A stretch of DNA of 64,000 bases, from NCBI GenBank assembly GCA_030141605.1, contig JAQGDQ010000986.1, forward strand, positions 8,911-72,910, given 5' to 3'. Positions 38,171 to 64,000 of this stretch are shown one piece after another. The stretch is from Tubiluchus corallicola (taxonomy: Eukaryota > Animalia > Priapulida). Under the pieces are notes generated by a model, which was not told the DNA's origin, did no database searches, and worked only from the letters and a program-made list of their open reading frames with translations. The translations under genes were made by a program, and so were the position numbers. Every line of letters begins with the position of its first letter. Positions within the stretch are counted from its first letter, which is position 1.

Positions 38171-39952
38171 ACGTCACTATGCCACGTATATCAGGGGAAG
38201 AAAAGTAAATCTTAAATTATGGCCTAAAAAACTTTCCGTGCAAATCTATATTACTTAGCATTTCACTTACCTGCTGGAAAGACTTATGTAACTAGACTAA
38301 TAATTAAAATGTTTGGTAAAATGTCGCTTCACCCTCCAGGGTGCGCCATTCACTAGCCAAAAACGTATTTTTAATCTTATTGACAAGATACAGTAATTTT
38401 ACTTAATTAGTAACATGTATGCCACGAATGCTCTGATTATTTTTTCAAACTTTACTCAATGTTATCAAAACTTGTTTCAAACGACCTACCATTAAAATGG
38501 CTGCGTCTAACGGTCATCGTGGGGGTTTAAATTTACACGTTTTATACAGCATTGCGGCCGATGCAAGCCATGCATACGAAAAGGTAATACGCAAGTAGTA
38601 TAAAATTTCGAGACTAATTTTTTTAAGCCTTATGTAAGTGGAGGGTTTTCTTGTGCTTTAAGCTAGTGGTCGAGATTTCTGATTGCAACCGAGCAGTCTT
38701 GAGTTTTATACTTGCAGCTGCCAACGCCAGGTCATACACTCTATACGTTACTAGTTGTTTGTGCGTTGCGTCGTTGTCTTCATTGTTGTGTGTAAGTCAC
38801 TAAATAACCGTTAGTGCTAATGTTGTCTGGTAAATGATCAATGGTCAATAAATGTTGTCTTTGTCTTTAATTGAGGACTTTGTAAACTCTTTCAGATTGC
38901 AACAATTTTACAACGAGATTCGTAAATCAATCAATGTGAAACGATCGATTTTCTAACCGGGCCGCTAAACCTTTTATTTCCTGCGTCTATTGTTCACCTT
39001 TCACGAGAACAGCCTCACGTTCATTATTGTACATATCAGTGTATTTGTCTACGCTAGCTATACGCCCATGGCTGAGTATACATTATACATAATAGTGCCT
39101 ATTTGCATATTTACCACTATTGTAATACAAGTAGTGATGATTACTGCTAATTGCAAATGACATGTAAAATAGACTCTAAATTACGCGAGTTGGTTTTCAA
39201 CTGTAACGTACAACTTGTGTCCTGAAGTGCAAGCCTTGACAGATACATCACAGAAAAAGTTGAGAAGCCTAAAGCAAGGATAGATTAATAGAGATAGATT
39301 TCACTGTCTCTGCTACACACATGATAGTTTCGTATTTAGCTCATTTTTGCAGCGTGTTTTAACCTGACCTTTCCTTTCTCTAATTTGTGGTTGTCCAGAG
39401 ACAGAGAGGACATTTTTTTATAAAGCCAAGATCTGTTCAAATGATTTGCTCAAATCAAGGAAACCGCATTTACAAATTCCAAAGCACCAGGTCTGTACTT
39501 GTGTGCGCAGTACTAACTGGAAAAATTGATTTCATGAATGAAGTTGTTTAACAGCAATTGTCTGTCCAATAATGCTAGTTATTTTCTCCGGTTCTTCCGC
39601 GCATGCTCACTAAACGATTAACGATGAGATGTGCGAAGCCAAAGTTCGCTATACAACAGTGAAGTAACGGCCAGTGTTTTGGTTAATTTGTACTACGATA
39701 TCGTTGGTTATATTGTTAAAGAACTGGAGTATGCTACCTGTTGATACATTGATGCTTTGAACACCAAAATGGACGCAGACAGGATTTATTTAGCCTGACT
39801 CATTTGTGTGTGATAGACTAAACATATCAGAATGACCACTTGGCCTATGCTCTTGTGTGTGTGTGTGTGTGTGTGCCAGCCAGTTTTAAATCTTTGTGTA
39901 TTTACGCCCATCTGCAACTTTAAAATTAGTTAATAATGATTATTTTATTATA

Positions 39953-54197
<14,245 letters not shown>

Positions 54198-55092
54198 AGA
54201 ACACACGAACAACACAGGGGAGCATTTTATCCAAAAACTAACTCAGGGAATAATCAAGATCTAGGTAACCTGTGGACAGTAACACTATCTGATTTCCAGA
54301 TGACGTATAAAGAAATGATGTCCTGTAATGACCTATTTTCCTTGTTCCATAAAGATAAAACTACAGATGGAAATGTGATTGCTAATTGTGGGTACATCAT
54401 CGCGAGTTAAGTTCTGCAATTTTCTGCAAGGTTTTGTCATGCAGTTTTTGAGACTGGACAGCTTTAAACCTGATTTGGAGGCAGCTTATTTCCAGCGTAA
54501 TAATGGTCTAAGAGGGAGCACAAAATGGGCTTCGAAATACCTCTTTACTGGTTGAAATGTTACATTTAATTTAATAAAGAAAATCTGTGTTACAATGAAT
54601 ACATTAATCATATTTATATCTATGTGCGGATATCTTCTGTTTAGGAAACAATCATTTATTAATGTTCACTTAACAATTACAAACAAATTAAAAACAATAT
54701 CAACACCTTTTGGGACTTTCTTATACTACCAGAAACACATATTTTGTCAGCATTAGTTGAAGTCAGAGAAGCATTTCCATATGGTTGACACATCAATAAA
54801 AGCTTTTTCTTTATCAGTTTTATGCTTTTCACAATTTGTTAAGAAATGTTGCACGTCTCGAATAGTGGCGTCTGCTGCATAGACTGTAGCATTTCTTATG
54901 GTAACCACAAACTTTGCAAAATTCTTTCAGAATTGCAATACTGAACCAGAAACATCTTTGATAAATCACAGGCAAACAAACTCTAAATGTAGCTATTGGT
55001 ATTTTTCTTGATGAAAATATGAAGTTCATCAGGCAGAACAGATTAGCAAATAAATTGTTAAAGGAAATCATTCAACACAGCCCGTTCTGTTT

Positions 55093-58000
55093 TTAACACG
55101 TCCTCTGCTCAGGCAACTTTGCCTGAGATGGCCATTTGCCGTCGTTATCAATTTCTCTTTCAACAGATGGTACAGCGAACACGTACGTGTTGTCTTTTAC
55201 ACCAGTGGTCCAGCTTTGTGACAAAGTTGAGCTCTGGAAATCAGAAATGATTTTTTCCATAGACTGGCAAGTGCTTGATTTCTCCGTTCCTCTGTCCTTT
55301 TTTGTAGTTAGTGATTCATCAGAAGCAGACGTGGTTTCCGACAACCGCTTGTATAGAGTCTTCTTCACTCTGTACATGGTATGTCTAAACTGAGCGTTGC
55401 CATTCCAACACTCCTGTATCAGTTTCGACAAGTCGGATAAGATCTAAAAATGAAGTACAAGTTAATTTAAACTTTGTTTATTTATAGTGGACTTACAAAA
55501 CAGACTGGGTCTGATACAGGTATCTCTACGGTGCAAGTGCTGAGTGCAAAATGTTAATAAAAGATTAATGGACGTCACAACTAATAATGATCACACTCAT
55601 TTCGATAAAACATTTAACAGAATTACAATCAACAGATGGTAATTAAACTTACACACACGAACAGTATAAACACAATATTTTAATAACAACAGTAATGGTA
55701 GAAATGCATTTACAAAGTAAGTTAGCTGATTAATCACTTAACATTAAATTCTATTGTATTATAAAGCGAAGGTTGATTTAATAAACTGCTGTAATAAACT
55801 ATGGATAATAAAACAGGATGGGGGACCAGTTTTGTGTTATTCTAATATGTTTCTGTGTCGATTTTGTCAGAATTACGATTTTGTAAAGATTCGCGTGTTA
55901 CAATCTGGTGGTCGAGTAGGTCGTCTAATAAAACCGTTCTAGCTCTATCATATTTTACGAAAATGTAATGGTAAGAACCTTCTATAAAATCACTGCAGAT
56001 ACATTTGGGGTCGTCAATTAAGTATCTAATAAGAAGGTCACCTTTTAACTGAGAAAAATTTGTAATGCATCTATTTGTGAATATTTCGTTAGCTCGATCA
56101 TTACTGTATCGAGGACATAATATTTTTGCGGGAAGATTCCAAAAGGGAAGTATTTTGTTTTTGAACGTTTTACAAGGTCAGAGGCGAGGACTTAGGACAA
56201 TGAAAGAATTAGGAGATCTATATTGAACTGCTGGTGGCGCCTCGCCACCCGGGGGTGGTTCGGTCCTGCAGGTACGGAGGCGGAGCAACCTAATAATGAT
56301 TTCCACATGACCACAATTAAACAAAGCTGAATTAAATAATGACTATTGTGTTGCTTACTAACTTGAAAGAGATTTAAATATTTGAAGACCTAAACTAACT
56401 GTAACAATATTGTAAGTTGTTAAATATGAAATGTAATTACTGTTAGCTGTTATAGCCTTGCAAATAGAGATCTGGAAATACTGTGAGCAGTAATAGTTAC
56501 TGTGTTGTAAACCCACTCAAAATAAATAATATATATATATATATTCAAAATAAATAATATATATATATATAGAGGGCGCATGTATATATGTATAGTTTAT
56601 ATGCTCAAAAAAGAATAATAATAAAAAAATAAACTTTTGATGAAGATTGATATTGTGCTACTTTTCTTCAAGACGAATGACGTCATTGGAAGAAGAATGG
56701 GCATTGAAAATGGGAGCACCCAAGCATGAAGTGATTATGAATTTAAAGTGAGGCATGAGGCACTTCTTGCAGTTTTAATAATATTACTAAATTATTCCAA
56801 CATGTGTTGCAAATATAGAAATATGCCTAACTTCCCGGATGGCTTGGCCTTTTCTTTTGTACAAACTTCAAGGAGAATCTAAACGTGTGCTTCACAAGAG
56901 CCTCACTAGCAAATTAGTTAGAAGGGTGTGAAAGTCATGTTTGAAGTTGTTGTTCACTCACTTAGTTATGATTGAGTTTAGGCACAGAAGTATGAACAAG
57001 AATAAAAAATCTATAATACATATTTGCACTGCACACAACAGAAAAGTTTATTAAAACTACAGACACATGAGTAGCATGACTGCTGCACTGAACACTGAGA
57101 GTGAGAGTGGGAGAGCAAACCAGTCAATATATATATATATATAGGTATAGGTGACCTATGCAGACTTGCACAGGCTTCACAACAACCATTACTTTAAAAT
57201 AGGGAGAGAACCAGTGAATATGCATTCAGTGGACCATACAAGTAAGTCAGCTGGTAGAATGTAACAGGATTAGCCCATAGATGGCAGCACCTAATTTCAA
57301 TGTACAATTCCAACTTCCACAAAGGGTTTGTTTTCCGGGTCATCTATTTATTTAATTTTCATCTTTTCTTCTCTAGCCCTTTACTGTGAGTGGCCTCTGG
57401 CCTCGTTTGGGGCAATTCTCTTAAAATAATTGCAAAAATTTTTATGGTACCTTTTCAGATTCCCAGTTATTGGGAATAGAGGGACGTTTGTCTTCCACGC
57501 ACACAACTTGCTTCATCACTTCAAATGTTGGATCTGGATTGACCAGGTTGTGAAATGGCAGTTCGTATTCTACATATTTCACATCTGAAATGAGTGTGAG
57601 AAAAGGACAAGTCCTGAACATGTCAAGGTTTGATAATAATATTGTTGTTGTTGTCGTTGTCGTCGTTGTTGTCGTCATTGTCATCGTCGTCGCTGTCGCC
57701 GCCGTCATTGTCGTCGTTGACACTTTATAAAAAGTGCTAAAATTATGATCAGATTATGAGTAGTAACCCCGTAAACTGGGGACAGGTAACTCTACTGACA
57801 CTACAGTTTTTCTCGACTTTCCCCCTTTTGGGGTACCTTTGGGGGTGTCCCCCGAAAACGTGAACGTGCTGCTTATCTTTCGTTTTTCCGCGAAACTATA
57901 TTTTTCTACGCATGCGCATGCTAGAGGAACAACTCAGCCTGCAAAGTGTTGAAGGGGTAACCACCAGTGCAGTTACCTGGAAGGGTACCTGTTTTCAAGA

Positions 58001-61000
58001 GAAAAAGTTTATTATCTTGGTCGTAGTTCATAGCCATTATACCAATTGTAGCAACAACAACAACAGCCATTGTAGCAACAACAACAGCAGCCATTGTAGT
58101 AACAACAACAGCAGCCATTGTAGCAACAACAACAACAGCAGACATTGTAGCAACAACAACAACAACAGCCAATGTAGCATCAACAATGACAACCAGATTG
58201 GCTTCGTTTGAGACTCACCTTTGCTTCCAGTCTCTTCACACTTTTTGGCGGTTTCCCACATGACAAGACTAAACGAATAGACGTCTGCTTTGCAAAATGC
58301 ATCAAAACTGTGAATGTTAATTGACTCATCCAGTATTTCAGGAGCCATATATCTAGAATGTACAGTGATTGCAATATACTGCGTTTTCAACTATGTACAG
58401 TAAGTCCTCGCTTAACGACTCCCCGTTTAACGCCGTTTCGCTAAACGTCGCATTTTGTTGCAACGCTTTAGCGTCGTTAAGCGAGGACTTACTGTATAAC
58501 AGAACTTAACTACACAACAAAACAATATCAAGTATTAAAAGTTCAGTTCTTCAGAAATATACTTGTCAGAAAACACTAAATAGGCACATCGAAGCTGAAC
58601 TTTTCCCGATGTTGTAGATGCAGATTGTAAAAATGAACTGCAGTACGTTTTCTACGAAAAGCTCTGATAACAAAATAAACCTACTAATAACAACCTCACA
58701 ATTTACACTGCAAGTTGCCTGCCACTTAATTCAGTAAATCAGTTATTTTATAATAAAATATTAGATTATATAAATTTTTTATCAAATTCCGTTAAAAACA
58801 TTAGTACCTAACTTCCTTCTTCTTCTGCTGTTCTAAAAATCTTTTGTAGACATACAGCCTCTATCCTTTACTAGAGTACTCCACTGTTTCGTGTCAGCAG
58901 GTAAAATTTTCTATTCCTGCGATACTATTATTAGGTTTGGTTTCAGCTGTTGTAAATCTTTGTTAATTCTTGATATCCGGGTTGCTTTTGGGTTTCCCTA
59001 AAGGTCGTTTAGCAGGTTTCAGTGCCTCATTTTTTGCTAATTTTACTGGTGTTGTTTCTGGCAATCTCATTGAATGTTCTACCCATCTTAGTCTTCTCAT
59101 TCCGATTTTAGTGCCTCAATGTTCTTCTTTGTTTGTGTTATACAGCACCTCATTTGATATGACATGTGGCCATTTTATTTTTAAGATTTTTCTGAGTAGG
59201 CCTCTGTGGAATACATTTATTTCTGCTTCCAGCGTTGCAGTTAAGCCCCACATTTCACTGCTGTACGTAAAGGTACTACTTACGTATACATAAAGAGTTG
59301 CAGCCTTGTTTTGAAGGACAGTTTCTTGCTGGTTAGAAATGATTTATTTTGGATAAAATCGTACATTGCCAGTTGCTTCTTATTTTTGATATCATCTTCA
59401 GTGTTAAGTAACGATCCTTCGTATTTGCAACATTTCCAGGATTGAATAGTTTGCACCAAAGTAGCTTAATAATTTTGGTGTAACCAAAATGTTATGTCTG
59501 TAAAATTATCTATCCTGCTCGTATAGCTGGAGTTACTTAGAATTAACTGGAGGGCTTCTCTATGAAAGTTAAAAGAAAACCGAATGATTGTGTCAACTTT
59601 AGTTCGGAATAAAAAATGCTGTAAAATATTGAAAACTACAATAGCTTATTTTAAATCAAAGCTTAGATTAAATAATAATTACCTCGGATACTCAAATTTT
59701 GTTAAACCTTCAAAGCTACGCGCGTCTCAGTGAATCTACTAAGATTGGCAGCGGCGCCTTTTTGTCACGTGCGCGTGGTCGGCAAACAAAAGACGGTATC
59801 GTGATAACCGTGATCATGAACTGCTGTGTTAGTTTCTGACGTCATATGACGTAGAGCCCATTTTCGTGACATCACGCGTTTAAGCAGTAGTGCAAAACTT
59901 AGTCAAACGTGCTTGACGCGCAGGGAAAGATGCCTTTCATTGCACAAACTGTGGTTAGTTTCTGATCTAAGCAATAGATGTGTTCGGTTGCCGTTCATTA
60001 ACTTTCTAAGCCAATTATTCAAATGTAAGAAACAACTGCTAACTTTTATAGGCCAGAAAACGTACATTTTGGAGAGTAAATTAAAATGAGATAAAGTATA
60101 AACAATCATCCGATTTTCCTCTAAGGAGTTTGATATACTGCTCACGCTACCTCTAGGTGCAATGACTATGGTGGGTAACTGAATATTATTGTAAACGTAT
60201 GTAGGATGAATTCAGTTCAACAGATTACTTCATTCATTTAGAAATCACTGGCATTTTTTTTACTGTACCTTTTCGTTCCAACCCTAAAATTCTCCACGCC
60301 GTAGACAGAACCGTCCAAATTGGCAATAATAGACAGACCGAAGTCAGCAATGCAACACTCTCCGTCTAATTTTACTAGAAAGTTTTTAGACTTAACATCC
60401 CTGTGAGCCACTCTCGGTTTATCTGTAAAAAAGCAGTAACCCAAATTTAAAGGAAAAGGCAAGCCTTCTAGGAGGTTAGGCTTATTTCAATGTTCGCGAC
60501 CAATGTTAGAAGAATTTAGTAATAATGACTGTCTTGCCATTATTATCAAATATTGCCATTTAGCAGCTGATTAAAAATTTCTCTGTTTTATTACTTTACT
60601 TTTTAACGTTTCTTAAATAAATTGTGACTTTGTTTGTTTACATGACATTCTTTTCTAGACAAAATTGTGACTTTGCTAAACATCATAAATTAATCGTGAT
60701 TTTTTTCCCTGTGACTTTCCCGGTGACTTTATCAGGTGGGGTACGAATACCGTTCGCCAGCACTGTACTTACTGCTTTTGTCTATCCCTCTAACGCTGGT
60801 ATGTAAGTGATGCAAGCCATTGGCTGCAGATGCTAGAAGCTTCATCATTGATTGTTGTGTCAATACGTGATCTTGCAGGTAATCGTACAGAGAACCACGC
60901 GGATGGTACCTCGTCACCAACCAGTACTGAATACACCCATTGGCAAGATCACAACCAACGTAGCCTGCAAAGTTCACAACAGCAACACTTTTGAGACAAC

Positions 61001-63639
61001 AACAACCTATGTCTGGCATTAGTACTTTTTCTCGTACATCTCACTTTTTTCTATCCAATTTAATCTAATCATCTAAATAAATTCATCTAATTTATTTTGT
61101 CAGGATAACTAAACAGCATTAAACCGTTTCAAAAGTAGTCCTACGCAAGAGATTTGAGACTTCTGGCAGTTAGCACAAGCTTAGGTTATAAATTAGATGA
61201 ACTGGGATATAGTACTGCTAGGACAAAAAATGAGCTGTACTAGACAAACTATTGATACTACGCAAATGTTGTGGAAAGTTTTCGGAAGCTATAGTCAACT
61301 CCTGGCAAAGACAAACCCTTCTAAACTGTAAACGAAAAAATGAATTATGAGAAAAAAGTGTCTTGTGTGGTGAGTCTTCGGTAAACCTTTCAACAGGGAG
61401 TGTTGTGGTTAAATCATGAAATACGTTTAACTAAGCCTCTTAAAATCTATTTCCTATGACATCTGAATTGTAAAACCCCAATAAGTGAAATATTAGATTG
61501 TGTAAACATATCTATTAAGTACTAATATACTGTGCTGGAAATTATTCGATGAGAAAGCTAACCCTTGACTGTATAAGAGCATGAGATATTTTACACAGAT
61601 ATTTTACAATATATTGCACACTGTCACAGTTTTACCTAGTCTTTTCGTCTCATTACTATCACCTGGGCATAAAAACTTTTAGATTTGTGAAATCGCTGAC
61701 CATACTGCTTAATAATGTTTCATTACCTATAAGTTTAAATGGGACATCAATAATGTTTCATTACCTATAAGTTTAAATGGGACATCAATAATGTTTCATT
61801 ACCTATAACTTTAAATGGGACATCAATAATGTTTCATTACCTATAAGTTTAAATGGGACATCAATAATGTTTCATTACCTATAACTTTAAATGGGACATC
61901 AATAATGTTTCATTACCTATAAGTTTAAATGGGACATGCAATAATGTTTCATTACCTATAAGATTAAATGGGACATGCAATAATGTTTCATTACCTATAA
62001 GATTAAATTGACATCAGAAAAAACTTTACCTAGTCTTTTCGCCTCATTGCTATCACCTTGGCATAAAAACGTTTAGATTTGTGAAATCATGCTAAACATA
62101 GTGCTTTATTTGTGATGACAATAGACTGAATGAAGTAATTATATACATATTAAGTAATTCAGTTTATTGTCGTAACAAATAAATCAAGATCCCTAACAAA
62201 ATGTCACAAATCTAAATTTTTTTATGTCCAGGTGATAGCAATGAGACGAGAGGACTGGGTACAGCTGAGACAGTGAACACACATTAAATTTGAGCTTGAT
62301 CTAATACATTCTTTTCAGCAAGCAATGCATGGGGCAGTGTGGTTAGTGCTAGTACATACTAATACATAAAAATTGCTTTTACCGAGGACATTTTCGTGAG
62401 ATATCAATGGACTTTCATAAATTCGTCTCTCCCTTAAGAACGCCACCTCATTTAAGGTTGAATAGATCTTCACGGCCACTTCACTGTTCTGATATCTGCC
62501 TTTCCAGATCGGGCACATTTGACAATTCCCGCCTCTTCCTAAATGCACGTAAAAAATAGCTTCAGTCCATGCAAGCGCAACATAAAACGATGACGATGTT
62601 GGCATCTAGTTTAGGACAGATTTAATCAAGCCCAAGCCTCTGGTTGCTGTTAGTTTGAATTTGTTTGTTTACATTTACAAAAGAAACATCTAACATATTT
62701 CGTTAGAACACTCATACTTTTTAAATATTTTCAAACGAAATGATTTACCAAAGATACTTGTAGAAACTGCCTGCACATTAACATCTTATGATCATTAATT
62801 ATTATAGCTTTGCCTATAGACGCGTTGATTTTTGCAGATAACAAGCCGTTGCTGCAATTATTAGACTAAATGAGACATCAATAAAGTTTCATTTCCTATA
62901 TGTTTAAATGAGACATCAATAAAGTTTCATTTCCTATATGCTTAAATGGGACATCAATAATGTTTCATTCCCTATATGTTTAAATGAGACATCAATAATG
63001 TTTCATTTCCTATATGTTTAAATGGGACATCAATAATGTTTCAATTCCTATATGTTTAAATGGGACATCAATAATGTTTCATTTCCTATATGTTTAAATG
63101 GGACATCAATAATGTTTCAATTCCTATATGTTTAAATGGGACATCAATATTGTTTCATTTCCTATATGTTTAAATGAGACATTAATAATGTTTCATTACC
63201 TGTAAGTTTAAACGAAACATCAATAATGTTTCATTACATATAAGTTTAAATAAGACATCAATAATGTTTTATTACATATAAGTTTAAATAAGACATCAAT
63301 AATGTTTTATTACATATAAGTTTAAATAAGACATCAATAATGTTTTATTACATATAAGTTTAAATAAGACATCAATAATGTTTTATTACATATAAGTTTA
63401 AATAAGACATCAATAATGTTTTATTACATATAAGTTTAAATAAGACATCAACAATATTTCGTTGCCTATAAGTTTAACCAGGATATCAATAAGGTTTCAT
63501 TACCTATAAGTTTTAATAGCGAAATGTCTTGGTGAAACTTCCTATCTGCAATCACAGTTGGTCCAGATCCAGATCCGCTTCCAGAAATGGAAGTTTCGAA
63601 ATCACTCATCAGCTTCTCAGTTATTGGCTCAAAAGTATT
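55093..63639 (-). CDS. TGF-beta/activin/BMP family type I receptor Ser/Thr kinase, divergent; ectodomain and TM exons not found in the window
   Basis: Exons 63639-63504, 62538-62383, 60964-60773, 60422-60269, 58352-58219, 57584-57451 and 55443-55093, all GT-AG and in phase. GS box SGSGSGSG, VAVK, SHENVLG, YHPRGSLYDYL, AHRDVKSKN, IADFGL, VGTKRYMAPEILD, ADVYSFSLVMWE, ECW..RVKKTL. Confidence 0.93.
58398..58494. mobile_element. 97-bp Tc1/mariner (Tigger-like) MITE
   Basis: TA + CAGTAAGTCCTCGCTTAACGAC ... GTCGTTAAGCGAGGACTTACTG + TA: perfect 22-bp TIRs and a TA TSD. Confidence 0.92.
58810..59460 (-). mobile_element. 5'-truncated, degenerate RTE-like LINE
   Basis: The minus strand reads TYSSEMWGLT..INVFHRGLLRKILKIKWPHVISNEVLY..RRLRWVEH.MRLP..RPLGKPK with stops, which is typical of the region after the RT domain; ends in a (GAA)n-like tail. 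Confidence 0.8.
59569..60124. mobile_element. Kolobok-like non-autonomous element, copy 2 (inverted relative to copy 1)
   Basis: TTAA-AAGAAAACCGAATGATTGT ... ACAATCATCCGATTTTCCT-CTAA; shares e.g. CAGTGAATCTACTAAGATTGGCAGCGGCGCC in reverse with 50938-51491. Confidence 0.75.
61619..62275. mobile_element. CACTG-ended TIR element with a duplicated left arm enclosing a 38-bp satellite array (61710-62015)
   Basis: The left arm CACTGTCACAGTTTTACCTAGTC..TTAGATTTGTGA recurs directly at about 62024-62090 and inverted at about 62204-62275 (ending CTGAGACAGTG). Confidence 0.65.
62867..63513. repeat. 38-bp minisatellite, about 17 copies, overlapping the donor of the GS-box exon
   Basis: Unit approximately CATCAATAATGTTTCATTACCTATAAGTTTAAATGGGA; the last unit contains the real exon/intron junction at 63504/63503. 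Confidence 0.93.
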
Positions 63640-63789
63640 CTGCGTAGGAAATGTTCAAAGTACCAAAAGTACCAACAAGTATTACATCGATACTACGTAT
63701 TTATATAGTGCTTCAACTTTACAATGTATATCATAATAAAAATTATAATAAATTATCAGAATTTTAGCAGCTCTTGTAACATTTGAGCA

Positions 63790-63794
63790 TCAGT

Positions 63795-63870
<76 letters not shown>

Positions 63871-64000
63871 CCATCATCATTGCCATCACCACAAACGCCA
63901 GCAAAACCACCACTACCCTCACCACCACCATCACTACCACAACCACCACCACCACCACCTAAAGCACCACCACCACCACCGCCACCTCCACCAACATCAC
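63790..64000. repeat. (CAT)n/(CAC)n low-complexity tract
   Basis: Trinucleotide runs in the intron upstream of the GS-box exon. Confidence 0.9.

Noticed and set aside
57912-58211. Asn/Ser/His/Cys repeat ORF
   Set aside because: A short (AAC)n-based intronic repeat between two in-phase kinase exons.

Overview
AT-rich, intron-containing animal (probably protostome invertebrate) genomic DNA; nothing prokaryotic (no operons, CRISPR or rRNA). I reconstructed seven protein-coding genes by reading GT-AG junctions and checking exon phase: the 3' part of an LRR single-pass membrane protein (+), two tandem SV2-like MFS transporters (-), ABHD2 (+, 8 coding exons), a divergent ionotropic-receptor/iGluR-like channel (+, 9 exons) with a C2H2 zinc-finger gene nested antisense in its intron 2, and the 3' part of a divergent TGF-beta-family type I receptor kinase (-, 7 exons in window). 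Introns and intergenic DNA are full of MITEs (hAT-, Tc1/mariner-, piggyBac-, Kolobok- and Harbinger-like), a tRNA-derived SINE, LINE fragments, minisatellites and microsatellites. Top leads: (1) a candidate UGA-CAA stop-codon readthrough in the LRR protein that would swap one C-terminal PDZ ligand (THL) for another (TLV); (2) a type I receptor naturally carrying Asp at the position of the activating ALK5 T204D/ALK2 Q207D mutation and lacking the FKBP12 Leu-Pro motif; (3) an ionotropic receptor with a Cys-rich N-terminal module, a remodelled gate and a 70-codon in-frame ORF after its stop; (4) tandem repeats that multiply real splice donors. All alignments are by eye against remembered family motifs; no searches were run.
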